Below, in pieces: positions 47,873-51,257 of a DNA stretch of 51,257 nucleotides. Under the pieces are notes generated by a model, which saw only the letters and a program-made list of their open reading frames with translations, was not told the origin of the DNA and did not search any database. Positions within the stretch are counted from its first letter, which is position 1, and each line of letters opens with the position of its first letter. Source of the DNA: Patescibacteria group bacterium (GTDB lineage Bacteria > Patescibacteriota > Patescibacteriia > Patescibacteriales > UBA12465); assembly GCA_038323715.1 (NCBI GenBank), contig JBBQHF010000006.1:1-51257 (forward strand), given 5' to 3'. The translations under genes and the position numbers were made by a program.

Positions 47873-49654
47873 TTGTCAATGCCACATAGAAAGCAACAAT
47901 TATTAGAGCTTTTAAAGATTCATTTTGGATATGAGTCTTTTAGGCCGGGGCAAGAAAAAGCGATTGATAATATTTTACAAGGCAAAGATACTTTGGTCGT
48001 TTTGCCGACCGGAGGAGGAAAATCTTTAATTTTTCAATTACCAGCCCTTATTTTAGAAGGAATTACAATTGTTATTTCTCCGCTAATTGCCCTAATGAAA
48101 GATCAGGTTGATTCCCTTGATAAGGTTGGTATTCCGGCAACTTTTATTAACTCTTCTATTTCGCCTGAGGAAACAGGTAGTCGTTTAGAAAAAGTTAAAT
48201 CGGGATTTTTCAAAATAGTTTATATTGCTCCTGAACGTTTTTATAATCAGAAATTTTTAGAAGAGCTCAAGCAGATTAAAGTTTCTTTATTTGCTGTTGA
48301 TGAGGCTCATTGTGTTAGCCAATGGGGGCATGATTTCCGTCCTAGCTATCTGCGACTGAGAGATGCAATTAGATTTGTTGGCAAGCCGCCAGTTGTTGCT
48401 TTAACGGCAACGGCTACGCCTGAGGTTAGAGATGATATTGCTTATCAGCTTAATTTAAAAGATGTGGACACGGTTATCACGGGATTTGCGCGACCTAATT
48501 TACAGATGGCGGTTATTCCATCTCAAAATGGGCAGAAGTTGGAACATATTTTAAATTTTTTAATTACCAATCCAGAAATAGGTTCAGGAATTATTTATGC
48601 CGGAACAAGGTCCAAAACGGATGAAATTATGGAGCTGCTGATGGATAACGATATCAAGGCAGTCGCTTATCATGCGGGAATGGATTCTAGTAGTCGCGAT
48701 TGGGTGCAAGAACAATTTATGAGTGGCATGGCCAAAGTTGTCGTGGCGACTAATGCTTTTGGCTTAGGAATTAACAAAAAAGATATTCGTTTTGTTATTC
48801 ATCATGATTTACCAGGAACGGTAGAGGCTTATTATCAAGAGGCGGGGAGAGCCGGGCGTGATGGCTTGCCAAGTTTCTGCTTATTATTTTACCACCAACA
48901 AGATAGATATTTACGGGAATTTTTTATTAAAGGGGATAATCCCGAGCCACGAATGATTATTGAAATTTATGATTTTATTTTACGCCGCGCCGAATTAGAA
49001 GTAGATACCAATGCTTCAATTTTGGTTACTTATGCTGAAATCAGTCAGAATTTATCGGAAAGCGTCCCTGAAATGGCCATTGGCACCGCTCTTAAAATTT
49101 TAGAAAAGGAAGGCTATATTTCTCGCCCTAATGAAAAAACTTCTAGCTCATTCTTAAAAGCTAATAAACCCTTAGCAGAAATTGATGCCTCAATCAGTAA
49201 AAGGTCTAAATCTCAAAAAGAAATTTGGGAAAAATTAGCCGTTAAATACGCCACAGAACTAGAGACTGGGTGGGAGTTCTCGCCCGAAGAGGTTTCGGTT
49301 GTTTTAAAAGTTAAGAAAGACTCACTTATTAGGGCCGTGAAGAAACTAGCCGAAAAGGACTTAGTAGAATATAAACCGCCGTTTAGAGGAACGGAAATTA
49401 AGGTTCTAAAAATCGTGGAACCAGAAGATATGAATTTAGATTTTAAGGCTTTAAAAGATAAGGCGGCTCGTGCTTATGAAAAACTAAATGAAATGGAGGC
49501 TTATGTTTATCACACTGGTTGTCGTCAAGAGTATATCTTAAATTATTTTGGCGATATGAAGGCTGAACCCTGTGGAAAGTGCGATAGTTGTTCTCGTGCT
49601 CAAAAAATTAAAAACACCAATTTTCCTAAACATGAATATTTAATTAGTGAATAA
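47873..49654 (+). CDS. recQ: RecQ-family ATP-dependent DNA helicase with an atypical C-terminal layout
   Basis: FGYESFRPGQ, PTGGGKS, DEAHCVSQWGHDFRP, TATAT, and QEAGRAGRDG. The 4-Cys zinc motif (CRQEYILNYFG...CGKCDSC) sits at the extreme C-terminus. Confidence 0.9.
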   Translation: MSMPHRKQQLLELLKIHFGYESFRPGQEKAIDNILQGKDTLVVLPTGGGKSLIFQLPALILEGITIVISPLIALMKDQVDSLDKVGIPATFINSSISPEETGSRLEKVKSGFFKIVYIAPERFYNQKFLEELKQIKVSLFAVDEAHCVSQWGHDFRPSYLRLRDAIRFVGKPPVVALTATATPEVRDDIAYQLNLKDVDTVITGFARPNLQMAVIPSQNGQKLEHILNFLITNPEIGSGIIYAGTRSKTDEIMELLMDNDIKAVAYHAGMDSSSRDWVQEQFMSGMAKVVVATNAFGLGINKKDIRFVIHHDLPGTVEAYYQEAGRAGRDGLPSFCLLFYHQQDRYLREFFIKGDNPEPRMIIEIYDFILRRAELEVDTNASILVTYAEISQNLSESVPEMAIGTALKILEKEGYISRPNEKTSSSFLKANKPLAEIDASISKRSKSQKEIWEKLAVKYATELETGWEFSPEEVSVVLKVKKDSLIRAVKKLAEKDLVEYKPPFRGTEIKVLKIVEPEDMNLDFKALKDKAARAYEKLNEMEAYVYHTGCRQEYILNYFGDMKAEPCGKCDSCSRAQKIKNTNFPKHEYLISE

Positions 49655-50361
49655 TGAATAGTAAACTTATTCAAAATTTGTTGGCCTTATCGCAAAATAG
49701 CTATAATCTAATTGCGACTAATTTTGACGCGACCAGAAAAAAAGAAATTTGGCCGATGATTAGAGAGGTTGCGGCCGCTGTTAAATCTGATGAGCGAGTT
49801 TTAGATGCTGGTTGTGGGAATGGTAGACTATTAGAAGTTTTTGCTGATAGAAAAATAGATTATTTAGGAATAGATAGTAGTCTGGAACTTATCAAGCTAG
49901 CAAAGAAAAATTATCCGCAAGCTAAATTTTTGGTAGCAGAGTTAATTAATTTGTCAGTAGCTGATTTAGAAAAATTTGGCGGCAAAAAATTTAATTACGT
50001 TTTTTGTTTAGCGGTTTTACAGCACATCCCTAGTCATGAGTTACGGACTAAAGTTTTAAAATCCTTGCGTGAATTTCTTTTGCCAAACGGGGAACTCATA
50101 ATTAGTAATTGGAACCTTTGGCACAGCGCACATCGTAGATTAATTTTTAAACAAGCGCTTAAAAAATTGTTAGGGACTAATAAAATGGATTTTGGGGATA
50201 TTGTTTTTCCTTGGAAAAAACAAAATGGAGAGATTGTGAGCGATAGATATTATCACGCCTTTTCTAAACAAGAATTACTCCGAGTCGCCAAGGACGCTGG
50301 GTTTTCAGAGATTGTGTACAAAAAGGATAAATATAATTATTGGTTAATTCTAAGGCAATAA
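49654..50361 (+). CDS. class I SAM-dependent methyltransferase
   Basis: VLDAGCGNGR motif I. The start overlaps the recQ stop by 1 nt (TAATG). Confidence 0.8.
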   Translation: MNSKLIQNLLALSQNSYNLIATNFDATRKKEIWPMIREVAAAVKSDERVLDAGCGNGRLLEVFADRKIDYLGIDSSLELIKLAKKNYPQAKFLVAELINLSVADLEKFGGKKFNYVFCLAVLQHIPSHELRTKVLKSLREFLLPNGELIISNWNLWHSAHRRLIFKQALKKLLGTNKMDFGDIVFPWKKQNGEIVSDRYYHAFSKQELLRVAKDAGFSEIVYKKDKYNYWLILRQ

Positions 50362-50390
50362 TATCCTTTAATCTCTAGTAGATTAATCGC

Positions 50391-51257
50391 TTATTTTTGC
50401 GCTAGCCAGCGAGCATTCCAATCCCACCCTCTCCGCATTGAATCAAAATCGCTTTTATTTTCGATTTTAGAGAGCACATTATATGGCTGTTTAAATGAAA
50501 TATTAGCGATTTTTTTATTCTCAACACTAGCGTTCCAAAGTAGGTCAATTAGCGTTTCTCGTTGTTTTTCAGGAAGAGAGCTTAAAAACTCTTTTTTCAT
50601 TTGTTTTGGCTCTAAAAAGAAGTTTTTTATCCGTTCCAAAGTAGAATTATCTTGGCTGGATTTTTTAGTTTCTAACTCTTCTATACTCTTCTTAATATCA
50701 ACGACCTCATTTTGAATTATCGTCTTTTTTGCTTCATAGTCAGAGACTTCTATTGTTTTGTCGAGATACACATCAAGTAAAGCATTCTTGCGCTCATCAA
50801 GCTTTCTAAGCCTGCTATGCAGGCTCAAGATAGACTCCTCTAAATAAGAAAGAGTGTTTTTACTTTCAGCCAACTTTGCCTTGTAGACGAGGTTTACTAT
50901 CTTATCGCCAAAGACAAGATTATCAAAAACAGAATCGTTTAACTCTTTAGATAAACTATCCTCAGTTAAGTAGGCTTTATGCTCATCACATCCGCCTTTG
51001 CCATTAGTACAGTAATAATAAATTAATCTTCCTTTCTTTTTAGTAGCTGTTAACTGACATCCGCATTTAGCGCATTTAAGTATACCCCGAAAGGCAAAAG
51101 CAATGGTTTGCTTTTTAATATTTGCTTTTTGCTTGGCGACTTCTCGGACATTATTAAATAATTGTTGAGTGATTATTGGCTCATGATTACCAAGATATTT
51201 TTCTTCTCCTCTTTCCATTATTCCACAGTAGAAAGATTCTCCAAGTATTTTATGAAT
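50391..51257 (-). CDS. large serine recombinase, C-terminal part (the N-terminal resolvase domain lies beyond the window end)
   Basis: Recombinase domain (FYCGIM..GNHEPIITQQLFNNV), zinc ribbon (LKCAKCGCQLT...YYYCTNGKGGC) and a coiled-coil tail. The frame stays open to base 51257 upstream of the ORF-track Met. Confidence 0.85.
   Translation of the reverse strand: MHKILGESFYCGIMERGEEKYLGNHEPIITQQLFNNVREVAKQKANIKKQTIAFAFRGILKCAKCGCQLTATKKKGRLIYYYCTNGKGGCDEHKAYLTEDSLSKELNDSVFDNLVFGDKIVNLVYKAKLAESKNTLSYLEESILSLHSRLRKLDERKNALLDVYLDKTIEVSDYEAKKTIIQNEVVDIKKSIEELETKKSSQDNSTLERIKNFFLEPKQMKKEFLSSLPEKQRETLIDLLWNASVENKKIANISFKQPYNVLSKIENKSDFDSMRRGWDWNARWLAQK

Overview
AT-rich, tightly packed bacterial chromosome segment. 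The gene content and style suggest a reduced-genome Patescibacteria/CPR-type organism: a 16S gene with no 23S behind it, almost no Shine-Dalgarno motifs, many 1-4 nt gene overlaps, and a bacterial Elp3. That placement is inference only. The standard genetic code fits, because all housekeeping ORFs are full length. The window starts inside a 16S rRNA gene that ends in its own terminator. It then runs through translation and replication housekeeping genes: trpS, der, pth, dprA, topA, pheST, valS, glyA, folD, recQ. It includes the classical origin neighbourhood, rpmH-rnpA-yidD-yidC diverging from dnaA-dnaN, with DnaA-box-like sites and an AT-rich tract between dnaA and dnaN. I folded six tRNA genes by hand: Pro-GGG, Ala-CGC, an Ile-UAU-like tRNA with an apparent 8-nt anticodon loop, Val-GAC, Arg-UCU and His-GUG. 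None encodes CCA. Envelope and carbohydrate genes include LCP, VanW, PBP1A, a processive GT2 with a GH18-like protein, PlsC, alpha-glucan phosphorylase, PGM/PMM and a NOX-like flavocytochrome. The most unusual region lies just downstream of tRNA-His (about 31.38-32.95 kb). Two 142-nt, relatively GC-rich and visibly structured elements, 141/142 identical, are each bracketed by modules resembling the tRNA-His 3' end plus a terminator hairpin. They flank a two-gene cassette of secreted/membrane proteins, and no integrase is nearby. A second unexplained region is the 453-nt ORF-free, hairpin-rich gap upstream of trpS, which ends in a minus-strand terminator-like hairpin. The right edge carries the C-terminal two thirds of a large serine recombinase, so a mobile element probably begins at or beyond the window end. 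I saw no CRISPR array, reverse transcriptase or recognisable defence operon.
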